A DNA stretch of 64,000 nucleotides from Anthoceros angustus (GCA_010909165.1 VJWM01000025.1:1178001-1242000), one strand, 5' to 3'; positions 48,154-61,467 are shown, numbered from the stretch's first letter. Notes: a model not told the origin generated them from the sequence alone. A program made the numbers and translations.

Positions 48154-48829
48154 CATCACAGACTATATCAGGAGGTCTGAACACCGATAAGACCAACCTG
48201 TAAACATGCATGCAAAAGGACTTACCAGGAGATTCAAGTCCAGCCGGGTGGAGCACCAACATCAGAAAGTCGCGCCTGCCTGGGGCCTCGACGCCCGTTG
48301 GTTTTTTTTTCGGGAGGTGGATTTCTAGAGAGAAATGACCTTTTGGTCATTGTTTTACTCAATATAGTAAAATTTATTACAATGAGTGAAAAACATGCCG
48401 ATGGGGTGAAAATAATCCACCTTCAATGTTAAAACATGCCGATGGGGTGAAAATAATCCACCATCAATGTTAAAAGGTGGCAATAGGGTAAAAAAAATGA
48501 CCACCAAGTGAATACTGTACTCTAGTAGAAGCTAATTCTAGAAATCCCACCAAAATCGCTAATCTAGCAAAAACATTTTCTAAGTAATATTCATGGATCC
48601 AAAGATATACAAAAGACCAACAAAGAAACGCTTTGCGAGTTTCTTGTATATCCAGAATGGCATGAAATACAAATTCAAGTAATGCAAAGTAAATACCAGA
48701 ATAGATTGAACTCTGCTTCAACCACGATAAAACCTAAAACGAAAACGTAAATTAGCACCAAACCAATAATTAGGCTGATTACTAGGGACACCCATAAAAG
48801 GGTGACTAACGCTAACTAAAGCTGACAGA

Positions 48830-49400
48830 CCAACCATACCTTCTAAAAAGGGGGCCAGCCTCAACCAAAGCCTGAAAGACAGAAAAATGAGGTTAGATAG
48901 CTGTCATAGTAGAAACAAACAACGGGCTAACATACACAGATAGCCTGAAAACAACAAGACAGAAAGTAATCCACAATAGAAAAAAACGACAGTGGACAAC
49001 CGTATCGCAGATAACTCACACTTGCACCAACATGCAGATGTTACGCCCACCAGATGCAACTACCCTTGTCTTGAGGAAGACTACCGTAAACGTTGACTCA
49101 AGCCGATGTCCAAAACATACGAGATAAGCATTAGATCAAGGAAAAAACTGAAAACAATTATCACTAACTGAAGCTGACAGACCAACCATACCACATAAAA
49201 AAGGGGGCCAGCCTTAACCAGAGCCTGAAAGACAGAAAATGGACATAAAATAGCTATCATATAAGAAGAAATAAAAACGGCTAACATAAAAAGCGCGGAT
49301 AACTGGACACAACAAGATGTAAAGAAACCACCATAAGACAAAATGACAAAACGACAACAAGGTATCAAGATAATCGATAGCTTGCACCAAACATGCGGAT
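48830..49400 (+). repeat. Diverged direct repeats (~350-bp period; aagctgacagaccaaccatacc...cctgaaagacagaaaa)
   Basis: Copies at ~48820 and ~49170. Confidence 0.75.
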
Positions 49401-51489
49401 GTTACGTCCAATACTTCCGGCCGACATTACTCCCATAGATCGCAACAACATCGTGAGACAAGAACGTAACAACGTATGATTGATATAACAGACCAAAGTG
49501 GTCTAGCAATATAACTTGCATAAAACAAGGTGAAGGAACCGCAACGGTCGAACACAAGAAGTCCAAGCACGTACCAACAAAACAAGGAAGCAACCAACAA
49601 ACAAAGACCATCAAAGAACATGATACCATCTTTCCTACAAACAAAACAAAGGACACAAAGACGCTTTTCACGATTCGTGTTAAGAAACACGAGCATGCAA
49701 CCACCCTAGGCAATAGCATTGCTCAAACGCAGGCTCGATCGCTAAGCTAAGCTTTGCTTTGAAGGCTTACTCGGTCATTTCTTAAACGACTGTGCACCAT
49801 GGCCTTCGTAATGAGCATTCAAAACGGAGCAACAAAACAACAAAGGGCCTTCAAACAGAGCATAGAATAGACCTTGGCCTTGAACAAAAGCTGGAGAAAG
49901 GCCTTAGCCTTCGTGACGCTAAAAGAACCTTGGCCTTCGGAAAAGAGTGGACAAGGCCATAGCCTTTCGAACACGGCATAAAAGAACCTTGACGTAAACA
50001 AAAGACCTATGCCTTTAGAGCATAGCGCAGCACCTTGGCCTACGAAAAGACAGAGAAGAACTTTGCCTTCGGAGCAGAAGCGCAGCACCTTCGCCTTCGA
50101 AAAGCCAGCATGCATAAAGACCTATGCCTTCGGAGCAAGAGCGCAAAGACCTAAGCCTACGAAAAGACAAAGATGAGGAAAGACATCTATGTCCGGACAA
50201 GCCGCTTATATAGGCCAAGAACCCTAGCCGTTCTCACTGCTGGCGCCCATTCTCTCTCTACCAAACCACATTTGAATTTCTCGAACCTAAAATACCGAGC
50301 CGGGTCCAAACATATCTAGGTTCGCGATTCGTTCGCCGCCGCCGCCCTCCTCACCCAAACCTAGTTTCCAAGTTCCAAACCTAGCTTACCTTCACCAAAC
50401 CTAGCCTACCTCCACCAAACCTAATGTCCGAACCCCAAAGCGGCGTGGCGTAACACAAACCTGCCGCCGAATCAGAGCCTGCCACGTTGACACCAGCCGC
50501 GAACCATCTAGAACCCTAAAACTTCAGTACATAAACAACTGCCACCCTAAACCAGCCGCGCGCCACCGCCCATCACGCCGTCAAGCTCACTGTGTTTTTG
50601 GTGCTATTGATTGCAAAAGGTTCTGGCATCTGGGTGTAGGGTCGCCGCCACCGCCCATCACGCCGCCAAAGATCTTACACCGCATCGTCATCCTGGCGTT
50701 CTCGGGAGGTTTTGCATCCTCGGCGCTCTTTACGATCAAAGATCCTCCCGAGGTGATCGCCGCCACCGAACTCTCGCTCGGGTTTCTTCGCTTTGATCAT
50801 CTGCGGATTTGTGATGCCACCACCATGTGCATTTGTGAAGTCATCCTTGCTGGTCCTTCTTGGGCGATGCTAATCTTGCCTGCTGTATCGCTCCAAATTT
50901 ATCGTTGTCGGCGAGTTGGCTAAGACGATTCAGCCACCGCGCCTGTGCACATCCTATCCATCGGGCATAGCACAGGCGGCGCCCGCCACAGGTGCCGATC
51001 GGTGCAAGACATCGCCGCAACGACAAGCGTTCCGCGATCGCCTGCGGCATGACGCCGGCCCCAGTCTGGAATCGATCGGCCGCCATGGCACAGGATGAGA
51101 AGCGAGATCGAGAACGCAGGATGAACAAGGCGGGAGGGAAAGTCGTAATGGATCGTGAACGCTGGATGGCTCGTGCGGCCGCTCCTTGAAGTTCCAGACG
51201 TCGGAATGCGCTGTACCGCACCGGAGGTGAACAACTGGACGTGAAGGTTTGGCCGTGCGTGGCGGGGAGCGCCCAAGCTCAACACGGGCTCGATCGACGA
51301 CGCGCAGCAGACTACACGTCCGCCATGGTGGTGGCGGAGGCGACGGCATCGGCCACGGCGGAGGAGAGGAAATCACCGCCACCCGACAATCCATGTGGTT
51401 TGTGGCTTTCAGTCAAGCCGTGCTTCATGTGGGAAGTGTTGAAGCGCACGGCAGCCGGATCTCTTTGCAGCAGTAAGAAATAGCCCATG

Positions 51490-52185
51490 AATGAGTTTGA
51501 TATCGATTCTACCGTGTGAAATGACCGACGATATTCTCTTTGTGCAGACTCTTGGTCGTTAAGAATTGCGTTGACTCGCGGCACTTCAACGAAAAGCAAG
51601 GTAATCGCACAAGTTCAGAATATTGTCGTCAATCCTCCTCACGTAAACCGATCCGCTTTCGGTGTAGGCAACAAGTCGCTTGGTTCCACCAAGGTGTTCC
51701 TACGCTCTTCCAGTTAGTTTCGACTGATTTCTTGCAATATGCAATTTGTTTCAAGAAGGTTTTAGTGTAGGCTCGACTCTGGCGATGTTGTAGAAACGTG
51801 ATACGTTGGTCCGTTGTTATCTTTATGCGTGTACAGCATGTGCGGTGTTCCGTCTGCCATGTGTTTGTGCATGTTATCATTGTAAAGCGTCTTTCAGTGC
51901 TGATCAAAAGCCACTAATCAAGAAACGTCTGATAAGTTTTGATGTCTTTGCAGCAGAAGAAATAGACCATGACTGAGTTTGATGTCCGTTCTACTGTATG
52001 AAATGACTGACGCTAATCCCTTTGTGCAGCACCAGTGGTCGTTCAGCCCTCAGCGTTGACTCGCGTCGGCACTTCAACGAAAAGCAAGGTAATCAACCAC
52101 AGGTTCAACAATATTGTCATCAGTCCTCCTGACGGAAACTAATCCGTACGCCGTGTGTAGGCAGCAGGTCGCTTGGCTTCCACTA
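51490..52185 (+). repeat. Diverged direct repeat pair (~480-bp period)
   Basis: gttgactcgc..ggcacttcaacgaaaagcaaggtaatc occurs at ~51571 and ~52056 with similar flanks. Confidence 0.75.
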
Positions 52186-52570
52186 AGGCGATGTCAAGCA
52201 CAACACGAGAGCGCTGATCGAGTACCATCATCAGAACACACTAGGCGTTCGCGCTTAACAATTTCCATTTCTTGTGTACGAAATCTAAACGCTTATACCG
52301 AAGAAGTTGGTAAGCATCAACTGGTTTTTGAACGCTCTGTAACTTAAGAACCGCAGTAGCTTAAAGTATACGGTGATGCACGAGTATGCTGAAGATGCAA
52401 AGATGGGATCGACCGGTGTATACCCTTTCAACCTGGGTAGAAGATACTTAGAAAGTAAGCAACCCTAAAACTATGAAAATACTAAGGTAAAATAATGGAG
52501 AAAAGCTCGAACACTATAAAGTACGAAGTGAAAAATCCGTAACTTTGCTTGAAAGAGAGAGAAAAGAAAG

Positions 52571-53760
52571 CTATGTCGGGTGGATAGGGCAACAACTCTT
52601 AAAATGACGCCGGCCCCATCCTCGGCCGCCATGGTGGTGGCGTCTCGGCCCCATCCTCGGCCGCCATGGTGGTGGCGGAGGCGACGGCGACGGCCTAGAA
52701 CGGTCTCGGCCTAACGGCCTCGACCGTTTTCGCCGTGACGCCTCCGTGCTCGTTCCCCTGATTGATTGTCCACTTGCCATGTATCCCTTGCCTTCTTTCA
52801 AGCGTCTTTCCATAATTTTGAAGTCACGAAGGCAGGCATGATACTCCTCTATTCACTCCATTTCTTGCTCAAGCTGCCATATCTTAGGGTCTACATAGCT
52901 CTTAAAAGGCCAGCCTTTGGCTTTCAGCCCCTATGGCGGGAGATGGAGCTTGCAGTCTATTCGTGGGCAGGTCACGAACGATTGAAACTTTTTGAACCGG
53001 CATGCGTCATAGAAGCAATGCCCACAAGGGAGAAATACAAAGTCTTAACAAGAAAACCACCTACACACACCATGCCAATCAGCTTTGTTAGCATCCAGAA
53101 CACCCAAAGCACTCGGAACGGGCATGAAGCAAAAGTGGAATGGAAGTTTTACCTGGTACACACAGCACACATAATAACTTCCACAGGCCCAACCTGCCTT
53201 GTGTGGATGGGTGCTGCAGTCCATTGTGGACAAGATGATATGGCTTCCTAACCGCCAAGGAATGCAGCCGGCACAAAGTGTCATGAAATTCCTGAGCTAA
53301 GCGACATTTCTCGTCGAGCTTCTCATGTTTCTTGGTGATGGCCTGCAGGGCAGCCTCAACCTCTCCAACAACAACTGGTGCTTGACCTGAGCGACCGCTA
53401 TAGCCTCAGCCTGCAAAATGACATGAAATGGCTTGTCATCCAACCAACACAAGCAGCATCATATCAAACATTATGCGTGAGAATATTGTATTCGGTAAAG
53501 GGAGCCATTACCTTGGGGTCCACTTCCACGTTACCTGCAACATGTGCCACCGCGAAGTCAGCAACATAAAGCCTACATAATGCAACTTGTTCTCCTCGTA
53601 AAGAGCCTTTGCTGCTAAAGCACTCTCCTCCTGGGTGACTTGGGCAAGGACTCCTGCAAGCTCCCCCTTCACAATCGTCTGAACATCAAGTGTGTGCCAT
53701 GGATGGTCTCAAAAAGCATTGTCAGAACTCGAGGAACTTTGTTCGTGGGTGGACCCACAT
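52571..53760 (-). pseudogene. Decayed intron-containing gene encoding a coiled coil plus a RING-finger-like domain
   Basis: GT-AG intron 53152-53044 joins ...LLCVLCVP to DFVFLPCGHCFYDAC...VTCPRIDC. In-frame stops follow (TAG at 52931, TGA at ~52853). Upstream exon VEAALQAITKKHEKLDEKCRLAQEF. Confidence 0.5.
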
Positions 53761-54126
53761 TCTCACATGCTCTGAGCCAAGTCTACATCCATGACAAAAC
53801 AGTCAGTTCTAGTCAAATGGTCACACAAGGCCAATATGTCCAAGCCAAGACTCCACTCATGACGAACAAGAGACTTGTGGACAAATGGTCATATGTCCAA
53901 ACAACACCAAGCCTGCAAGAGCTAAATGGCACAGAGAGACAAAAAGGCATGGAGCACCAAATCTAAAGTCAGTGATGAGCATGCATACAGTGCCTAAGAG
54001 GCACAAATCAAGGTAAATAGGTCAGAGTGACCAAGAGGGCCACTCTACCCAAAATCAGTAGTGTCATACAAGTACGGGTTCAAATGCACTCTCGTCAACG
54101 AGTGACAAAAGGTGCACCATTATGTG

Positions 54127-54234
54127 ATGCTTCTTTGTGATCGGTGCAATAGGGGATACCATATGTTTTGTGTTCAACCACCCCTTGATGACATTCCGGA
54201 AGAAGATTGGTTCTGTGCACAATGCACAACTTGA
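54127..54234 (+). pseudogene. Isolated PHD-finger remnant
   Basis: MLLCDRCNRGYHMFCVQPPLDDIPEEDWFCAQCTT* is a clean C-terminal two-thirds of a PHD finger. The first CxxC is decayed. Confidence 0.8.
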
Positions 54235-54307
54235 GGTGCGTACGTATGTAGTCCTACTAATGATAATGTTTTGACTTGGAGTTTCACATTATCGGGGGAG
54301 GATTAGT

Positions 54308-55083
54308 TTGCACCTATATCTGCGTATTAGATTTGTTTATATTTGCATATTAGATTTGTTTTGCTTGGTTGTCTGTTGAGGAAGTGCTCATATGAATGCA
54401 AGTGCTTACCTCGTACGATAGCTATCATGCCGTGTGGGTTTAACACTTGGGTTTAGTGTTTGATTATCATTAATTAATCTAATTACTTATCTTTAAGTAA
54501 GTAATTAGCATTGATAATCTAAAGCACTTATGTTAATTAAGCATTGATTAGTGTTAATTAAACATGGTTAGCAATAGCTAAGTGGATAAGCTTAAGTAAT
54601 ATGCTTTGGCATATTCCTTGCATATTATAGTGTATTCTTAGGATACAATAGCTAAGTTGATAAGTTCAAGTAATATGTTTTAGCATATTCCTTGCATATT
54701 ATAGTATATTCTTAGGATATTTCCGGCTTATGCTGATGCCAATAGGATATCTTATGAATATGCCGATGTCAAGGGCTAGTATATATAGACCCTTTCACAG
54801 AGGACAAGCTCATATCATAGCTTCTCCTCTAGATATGCAATGCAAGGGTGTTGTGGAGGCCAAAGCTATGACTCCGAGAGCGATGTGTGAGGAATTTGCG
54901 TGTTGTTCTCGTGGGGAGAGTGTGTTTGTGCCACGATGTGCAAGCTACTACCTCCTATTGTTATTGGTTTGCACCTATATCTGCGTATTAGATTTGTTTA
55001 TATTTGCGTATTAGATTTGTTTTGCTTGGTTGTCTGTTGAGGAAGTGCTCATATGAATGCAAATGCTTACCTCGTGCGATAGA
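54308..55083 (+). repeat. ~115-bp direct repeats (54308-54422 / 54968-55083) flanking AT-rich DNA
   Basis: tttgcacctatatctgcgtattagatttg...gcttacctcgt.cgatag occurs twice. The first copy is preceded by the purine tract GGGGGAGGA. Confidence 0.8.
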
Positions 55084-55536
55084 TGTCCGACGCCTTTGGC
55101 ACCTATTTTGAAAAGTTTGTCTTCGTGCACAGACTGCAAATCCAACCTAGTTTCGGCACCGGTGTCCTAGTGCTTATGATATTGGGTCCTTCTGAAAATT
55201 CGGTTATTCGGTGCCGGGGCACTTTTCTTTTTCGAATAACATGAGGTTTTGTGTATAGTTTGGAATGCGGACATATAGGTGGGCATATGGCCGATGTGGG
55301 ATCTTGTGTCTTATACCTCTAGTTTCCCACTATATTACCAAATCACATGTGTTCATGCATGTATCGTCTTCCGTTAAGTGACATGTAGACACATATCCTT
55401 ATTGTTTTTTATGGTGCCACAACCTTATGAACTGTGTAGGCAAGATGTCGGGCATACATGGACCAATGTGTACAAAAAGTATTGTTAGCATATTGAGGTC
55501 TTGTTTGTAGTTTTTAGCTCAACACATTGATTCATA

Positions 55537-55660
55537 AATTGTCACAAATGTAAAGATTCAAAATGACACCCTGATTCAAAAATTGTCACAAATGTAAAGA
55601 TTCAAAATGACACCCTGATTCAGAAATTGTCAAAAATGTAAAGATTCAAAATGACACCCT
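55537..55660 (+). repeat. 44-bp minisatellite, three copies
   Basis: aaattgtcacaaatgtaaagattcaaaatgacaccctgattc x3. Confidence 0.85.
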
Positions 55661-56019
55661 GTGTTTGCTAAAATGCCCTAAAAAATGCTTAAAACAGGGG
55701 TATTTTCCAACTTGCTCCAACCATGGACCTTTCTTAATAGGGTCGAATGGCATCAGAAAGCTAGAGATGGTGCTTTCGACAACTACGGTCAACGCAAATA
55801 TTGTGCTTTTTGCCCATGGTTTTTGAAAAAAACACCCAATACAGAGTTCTATTTTCAATTTGAAGGTCGAATTTGGCCAATTGGACATCAGTCTTAAAAA
55901 AGTGGAGTCTGTCTCCACTTCTTAGGAGACCTTATTACGGCAGCACAAACTTCCAAGCTTTGACATGTCGCTAAACTATCCTTTCCTTGCAACCATCTTA
56001 CGACGCTATGGACTAGCCT

Positions 56020-56778
56020 TGTAGGCTATTCTTTCAGCCGAAACTAACAAACACCCCCTTTCCAACAAAGTGGGCCAAGCACGTAGTTAGAAGTAACAAC
56101 ACCACACACCAACAGCATTAGGTCTCCCACGGGATGACTCGCAGTCAACACCTTCAATGTTGCTCTTTACTTTAGCAAGAGTCAACAAGAATACATGAGA
56201 GATCCAAGGGAACTCTCCATCTTTACCTGAGCAAGAGTCAACAAAAATACATGAGAGATCCCAAGGAGCTCTCCATCTTTGCCTGAGCAAGAGTCAACGA
56301 GAATACATGAGAGATCCGAGAGAGCTTCCCATCTTTGCCTAAGCAAGAGTCAACAAGACTGCATGAGAGATTCGAGAGAGCTCCCCATCTTTGCCTAAGC
56401 AAGAGTCAACAAGAATATATGAGAGATCTGAGAGAGCTCCCCATCTTTGCCTAAGCTAGGTATATAGGTCTCTCCCCTTGATCTCCCCTCCTCATAGCTC
56501 TCCTCTAAACACACTCACACTCCAAACTCCCACGGCCTCTAAACCTCCAAGACTCTAAACTCCTACGGCCTCTAAACCGACTCTAAACTCCCCCAAGGCT
56601 CTAAACTCCCACTGCCTCTAAACCCCCAAGACCTATAAGTGCTAGGATCTCCTCTAGACATATACACTCTAGGCTCCATGACCTCTAGGCTTCCATAGCC
56701 ACAGTAGCCCCAGTGCTAGGATCACTTACAGGATGATCTAGAACTTGCCTCATCCTATTTAAAATGGGGAGGCTTACA
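56020..56778 (-). mobile_element. Solo-LTR-like sequence (~760 bp) with an internal 56-bp x5 tandem array (56176-56454)
   Basis: Termini TGTAAGC.../...GCCTACA form an imperfect inverted repeat. TATATA at 56461. Tandem gcaagagtcaacaagaatacatgagagatc... units. Flanks do not form a TSD. Confidence 0.55.
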
Positions 56779-57351
56779 TCATTCCTAAAATAATTTGCTA
56801 AAACAAATTATCTTGCTTTGTAAGCTCTAAGCTAAACCTCACTACCACTAACCACATAACTTACTCAATTAGATCCCGGGCTGCATGTCTCTCATGTCTT
56901 CCTACTCCAAAACCTTATATTTAAAAAGAAGAAAACAAAATTTATTCTATTTAATTCCGCTCAGCAAGCCACGGTCCATAATATCCACGAGGAATAAGCA
57001 TTACTGATACGACTACAAGTTAGGTTGTGTCAAATCCTTTGGTGACTTTCCTCGATCCTCACACTCCGTGTCGTCGTGCGCCTGGAAAGCGCAGGAAGCT
57101 TCCTCCGAAACCTCCTCGCTGCAGTGAGCTGAGACCTTGTCAAGACTGCAAAGCGCGCTTCGTAAGGCGATTGACTATCCGGTGCGGTTTTGGAGCAGCT
57201 TCGTCATTTCCGGTGTCAGATCCCGGTGCTGCCAGGAGTTGCGAGCCTGTAAAGCAGTCGGGCTGCTTGCTTGGTTTGGCCAGCTGAGATTTCTTGTGTC
57301 TGGTGCAAGCCTGAGGGTTGTCTCGCTGTCTTTGTGCTAGCAGTGAGGAAC

Positions 57352-58432
57352 ATGGAGAACCGTGAGTACAATGTGGCCAGAGAAGAGCAGGCGGCCCTGT
57401 TGAGTTATTACAAGGGAGAAAAGGAGCCAGAGACGAAGGACGCAGAAGCAGGGACTGAGACGAAGGACGCTGCAACAGGGACAGCAGATGGTGGATCGGC
57501 CGATAGATTGCCTGCTGCAACAGGGACACCGGTCGGTCGCACCCCGTGGAGCTCCGGCCTGCTGGAATGCCTGAGTTGTAACGATGAGTATCTCGGCAGC
57601 GACATGGAAGTCTGTAAGCTGTCGATGCCTTTCTGTTAGCCCGGTTTGGCTGATTTCTCCGAGTCATCAGGGTTGCAAACAGTATTGCAGCCAGGGTTGT
57701 GTGATTTGGCTTTGTATGCTTCTCCGGAGTGTGAGGATGGAAGGCTTGTTTGGGCCAGGCTCTTTCTTTTTTGTTGGTTGATCAATACTTCCTCACGGTG
57801 TCCGTGATGTTTGTGGAACAGGTTGTTTGGGTCTCTTTTGCCCTTGTGTGCTGTATGGAAGTAATGTGGATCGTCTCCATCCTTCACAGGGGCTCTTCCT
57901 CCACCATTGTATGTTTTACACTAGCCTGTTTGTGTTCGGTAACTCTCTGTTCGGGGGCAACTACTTGGCCCCTTGCGTTTCTTACCCCAGCAGGTCTGCT
58001 CTTCGGAGGAAGTTCAACCTGGAGGTACGAAGGTCTACAGGCTTTTTGATTTTCATATCATTGTGTCGTAGTTCTTCTGTTTTCCAGTTTGCTTCAGCTT
58101 GTCTAAACATGTGGAACCTAGTTTGGAGACGCTGACCGTTTACAGAATCTGATCCACGCGCCGGGTACTGATTGTTGCATGCTGTCCCAATTTCTTAGGG
58201 CCATGGAGAGTACATTATGAAGAATATTGGTTGTGGCACTAACACGTTGGAGTCAGAGGAAGCACGCGAAAGCTGCGATGTATGTTGTGATTTGGCTGTC
58301 CACTTCTGGTGCCATACTTGTGCCCTTTGCCAGGAAGGGCGCGAGCTGAGGAGGAGGGTGCCTAACCCGGGATTTGACGTATCATTCGTGCCTATGAGGG
58401 CTCCGATGCAGCAGTCTATGAGCTCTCAGTAA
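57352..58432 (+). CDS. PLAC8 family (Cell Number Regulator/PCR-like) Cys-rich membrane protein, 232 aa; join(57352-57613,57822-58024,58199-58432)
   Basis: GT-AG introns keep the frame. PWSSGLLECL...DMEVCCLGLFCPCVLYGSNVDRL, SRSALRRKFNLEG, DLAVHFWCHTCALCQEGRELRRR. No frameshifts. Probable 5'-UTR intron ~57161-57343. Confidence 0.93.
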
Positions 58433-59099
58433 TCGCCTGCAGCGAAGTTCCAGGTGGCATTTATGGTTGTATAACAGGGGCATGTTTTATCCTAAAACTG
58501 CCGCTAACTAACCTTCCCTAGCCAGGACTGGACGTAGGGGTGACCACCGTAGTCTCTTGAGTCCGAAATGAGAATTAGACAAAGCTGATTTGTTTTCCTT
58601 TGAGGACAATTGTCTTCTGGATCTGAGTAGGTACTGTGGTTGCCTCTATGTTGATGAGTGGAGTGTGTGCACCGTCCGTTTATTTACTGTAGATAATAAG
58701 GGTTACAGCTTTTAGCCTTCGAATGAGTACCTACTGTCGTTTTACTTCTTGGGAGTGTGTTGGATGGGTCTGCAAGTAGAGCGAACTAAAATAGATGTCT
58801 ACGTGAAAACTCTTCAATTCAGTAGGTGTTTGATAGCAGGTAATGTCGTTCATATGATACAGATCGTGTTGTCGAGTTTTTTAATAGGCCCTCGCGGACC
58901 ACGCTTTCTTGCTTCTCCTTCGAAATATTCGTCCCTGCTGGGAAAGTCTACCCATTGAGCTGTGAAGCAGTGTGTCCTGCTTTTAGATCATTGTTTGTTT
59001 TCAGGAGATGATTGTGCAAAGACGACGTTCTCGTGCGAGAGTTCGATCCTTCTGATGGAAGAAAAGAGCATGCCGGCATCGAATGGTAATAGGAAGCCA

Positions 59100-60309
59100 G
59101 TAGATTTCCGAAGAGGCAATATCCTGGGCTCTATGTAATATCGGTACACACCAACTTCGTAGGAATCTTGGACCTTGCAAGTCGTGCTAGCGGTGTCTCA
59201 TCCGCGTACGAAAGTCCCGCTCGAATCGAAGATGATTTCGGTCTCTCTTGTCTACCTTGTGCCCATTCATCAAATATTTTGCGTCGTACTCATGTGGGGA
59301 TCGGCCATTGTCCTCAACAGGACTGGGAAAATAGGGTGAAGAGCTAGGGGATCTCCGTCATGGTGTTCAAGGCTCCGTCGCACCGACGTCCTCTGTTTAA
59401 TGCCTACTAGAGTAGTATATGCTGAAATCTCTTAACATGTAGCCTAACGAAAACCGCGTCGATATCTGTCCACCAACAACCTCGATTTAACACATATGCT
59501 GACCCCATTCCAGATGGCCTGTCTCTTCCGTCTATGCCTGAACTTTCTTTGGCAACAATTCAGCTCTGCTCTGCAGCCACAGGGGTCATCTTTGATCAAT
59601 GTTTCCCGGCTCCACTCAGTGTTGAAGACCTTGGCAGGGAATGGGTGGCATCGAATTATGGTTGCTCGCGACAGAAGAAGTTGCTGTTAGTTTTGATTTG
59701 CATATGGTTGTGCCTCTGTACATGTTTCAACTTTGCTCTGGATCTCGATCTAAAATGTGTGAATTCCACAAAGTTGTGATCCGCAAGAAGCATTGATCTC
59801 AAATGATCAATGCGTGATCATTGAATCTTACCAAGTTGAGTGATCTCGGAAGCTTCCAAGAGTTGGACCTGTCGTCCAACCCCGAGCGGTGGGCTCATCC
59901 TCATGACCTCGAGTCCTTGTCTGGGCTGACATTGCTGGATATTTCCGGCTCTTATTAACGATTCCTCGTCGATCCGCACCGCATGTGGCAGCCTCCATAA
60001 CCTAAATGCGGACACATATAGTTTAGCCAATGGGAAGGCATCCATAGACTGTGTGGGCGCTTAGCCTCCAGATCCACAGAGCGTCCCGATATGAGGCAGG
60101 TTCGGAAGGTGTTGCAAACCCTCTGGCTCCACTGGGACTCGGACGCCTCCTTCCAATTGGAGCATGTCCGCCATTATCTGCAGCCACACAAAGCTCGCTG
60201 TGATGTCTGTGATTCAGAGGACTGCATGTCTCCGCATCCAAGTTCCCACTCTGCTCTGTGCAGTAGCTCCAGCACATCCGGCCCTGAAATTGAGATGCAA
60301 CACCTCTGA
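59100..60309 (+). pseudogene. Decayed LRR receptor-like kinase fragments (LRRs joined almost directly to kinase subdomain XI)
   Basis: FQELDLSSN...LESLSGLTLLDISG (59850-59955) and RPDMRQVRKVL (60082-60114). Weaker LRR traces at ~59110-59200 and 59540-59630. Confidence 0.6.
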
Positions 60310-61112
60310 TTTCAACATTGTAGAAGCAAGTTGCCTGTAGACGTATGCTGGATTGATTGCAGACGCATAATGGACTGATTGTCAACTACAGCCAGTATCT
60401 CATGCAGTCATTGAATATGATCGGAATGGTATGCACAAAATGTTCGGATGGAGGCAGGTGCTACATGACCAGATTGGTCATCTGTGCATACTCTAGGTCT
60501 GGTACTTCTTTTTGTGGATGTGCTTGTGAATTATTTCAGACCGTTTCTAGGCCTTCTTTTAACCTTGGGATCACCAGGACAAAGCCGGACACAACAACCT
60601 ACTATGCAAGATTTCTACCTTGCGTGAGCTGCAAGCACGACAGTATGATCCAGTAGGCTGACAAGCGCAATAGCTTCAATCTATACAAACAGTTGCATCA
60701 CCAGAACAGTTTTTTGATTCAGAATCTGTTTACCAAACAGGCCCTGCGGACCCACATTGTCCAGCCTGTTGCTGACTCTGCTGGATTTGTTTGAATCTCC
60801 GCTGCAATGTAATCTCCTGCAACCCCAGTTGTGGCCTTCATGCACTCAAAACCGATTGTCCTCCTTGCATGATGCTGCAACAAATCCGAGACACTAGAAT
60901 ATTATAGAAAGGGATCAAGAAAACCAGGCTGAAGCTGTTGACCTCAGACAGAGGCCCACAAAGATTACGGGCACAGTGCTCCTAAAAAAGTGTTTCAAAG
61001 AGACGCAACAGGCTCTTAGTTAGGTTTCCGAGAGACAAAACAGGCAGAGGGCAGACCTCCTCAGCTTCACCTTAGTCTTGCCAATCCTCTTCAACACCTC
61101 ACCTAGCTCACT

Positions 61113-61152
61113 TAAATGGAAAAGGTGAGCTGGAAGTCACCTTTTCCATTTA
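61113..61152. other. Perfect 16-bp inverted repeat with an 8-nt loop
   Basis: TAAATGGAAAAGGTGA-GCTGGAAG-TCACCTTTTCCATTTA. Confidence 0.9.
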
Positions 61153-61467
61153 CCACCCGGACTTGCAGTCATACCATCTTGCTGGTCACCAAACATTGAC
61201 GGACCACTTGATATGATCCGAACATCCGAGAGGCCAATGAGCACCCCCCATAATCCTTCTGAAACAATTTTGCTGTCCGTGCCGACTTCTTTAAGTACGT
61301 GCAGGCTGTCGTCAGAACAAATTACAATTGCACTTGAAGAGAATCGGTGCTGTCGTCAACACATACTGATCTCAGCAAGCTCCGGTGCCAACACGGCTGC
61401 TTGTCCATGATTCCTTCTGGCTCACGCAAACCAGCCAGGGATACAGGCAGTGGTGAATTGGACATTT

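Noticed and set aside
50841-51394. Overlapping ORFs at 50.8-51.4 kb as a gene
   Set aside because: All frames are open because of high GC. I recognised no domain and could not build a splice model.
55888-55915. Helitron 3' end (AAGTGGAG-TCTGT-CTCCACTT hairpin + CTTAG)
   Set aside because: The spacing and terminus are non-canonical, and there is no matching 5' TC end or Rep/helicase evidence.
56176-56454. 56-bp and other short tandem arrays (55537, 63022, 63342) as CRISPR arrays
   Set aside because: The units are contiguous with no unique spacers, there are no cas genes, and the context is eukaryotic.
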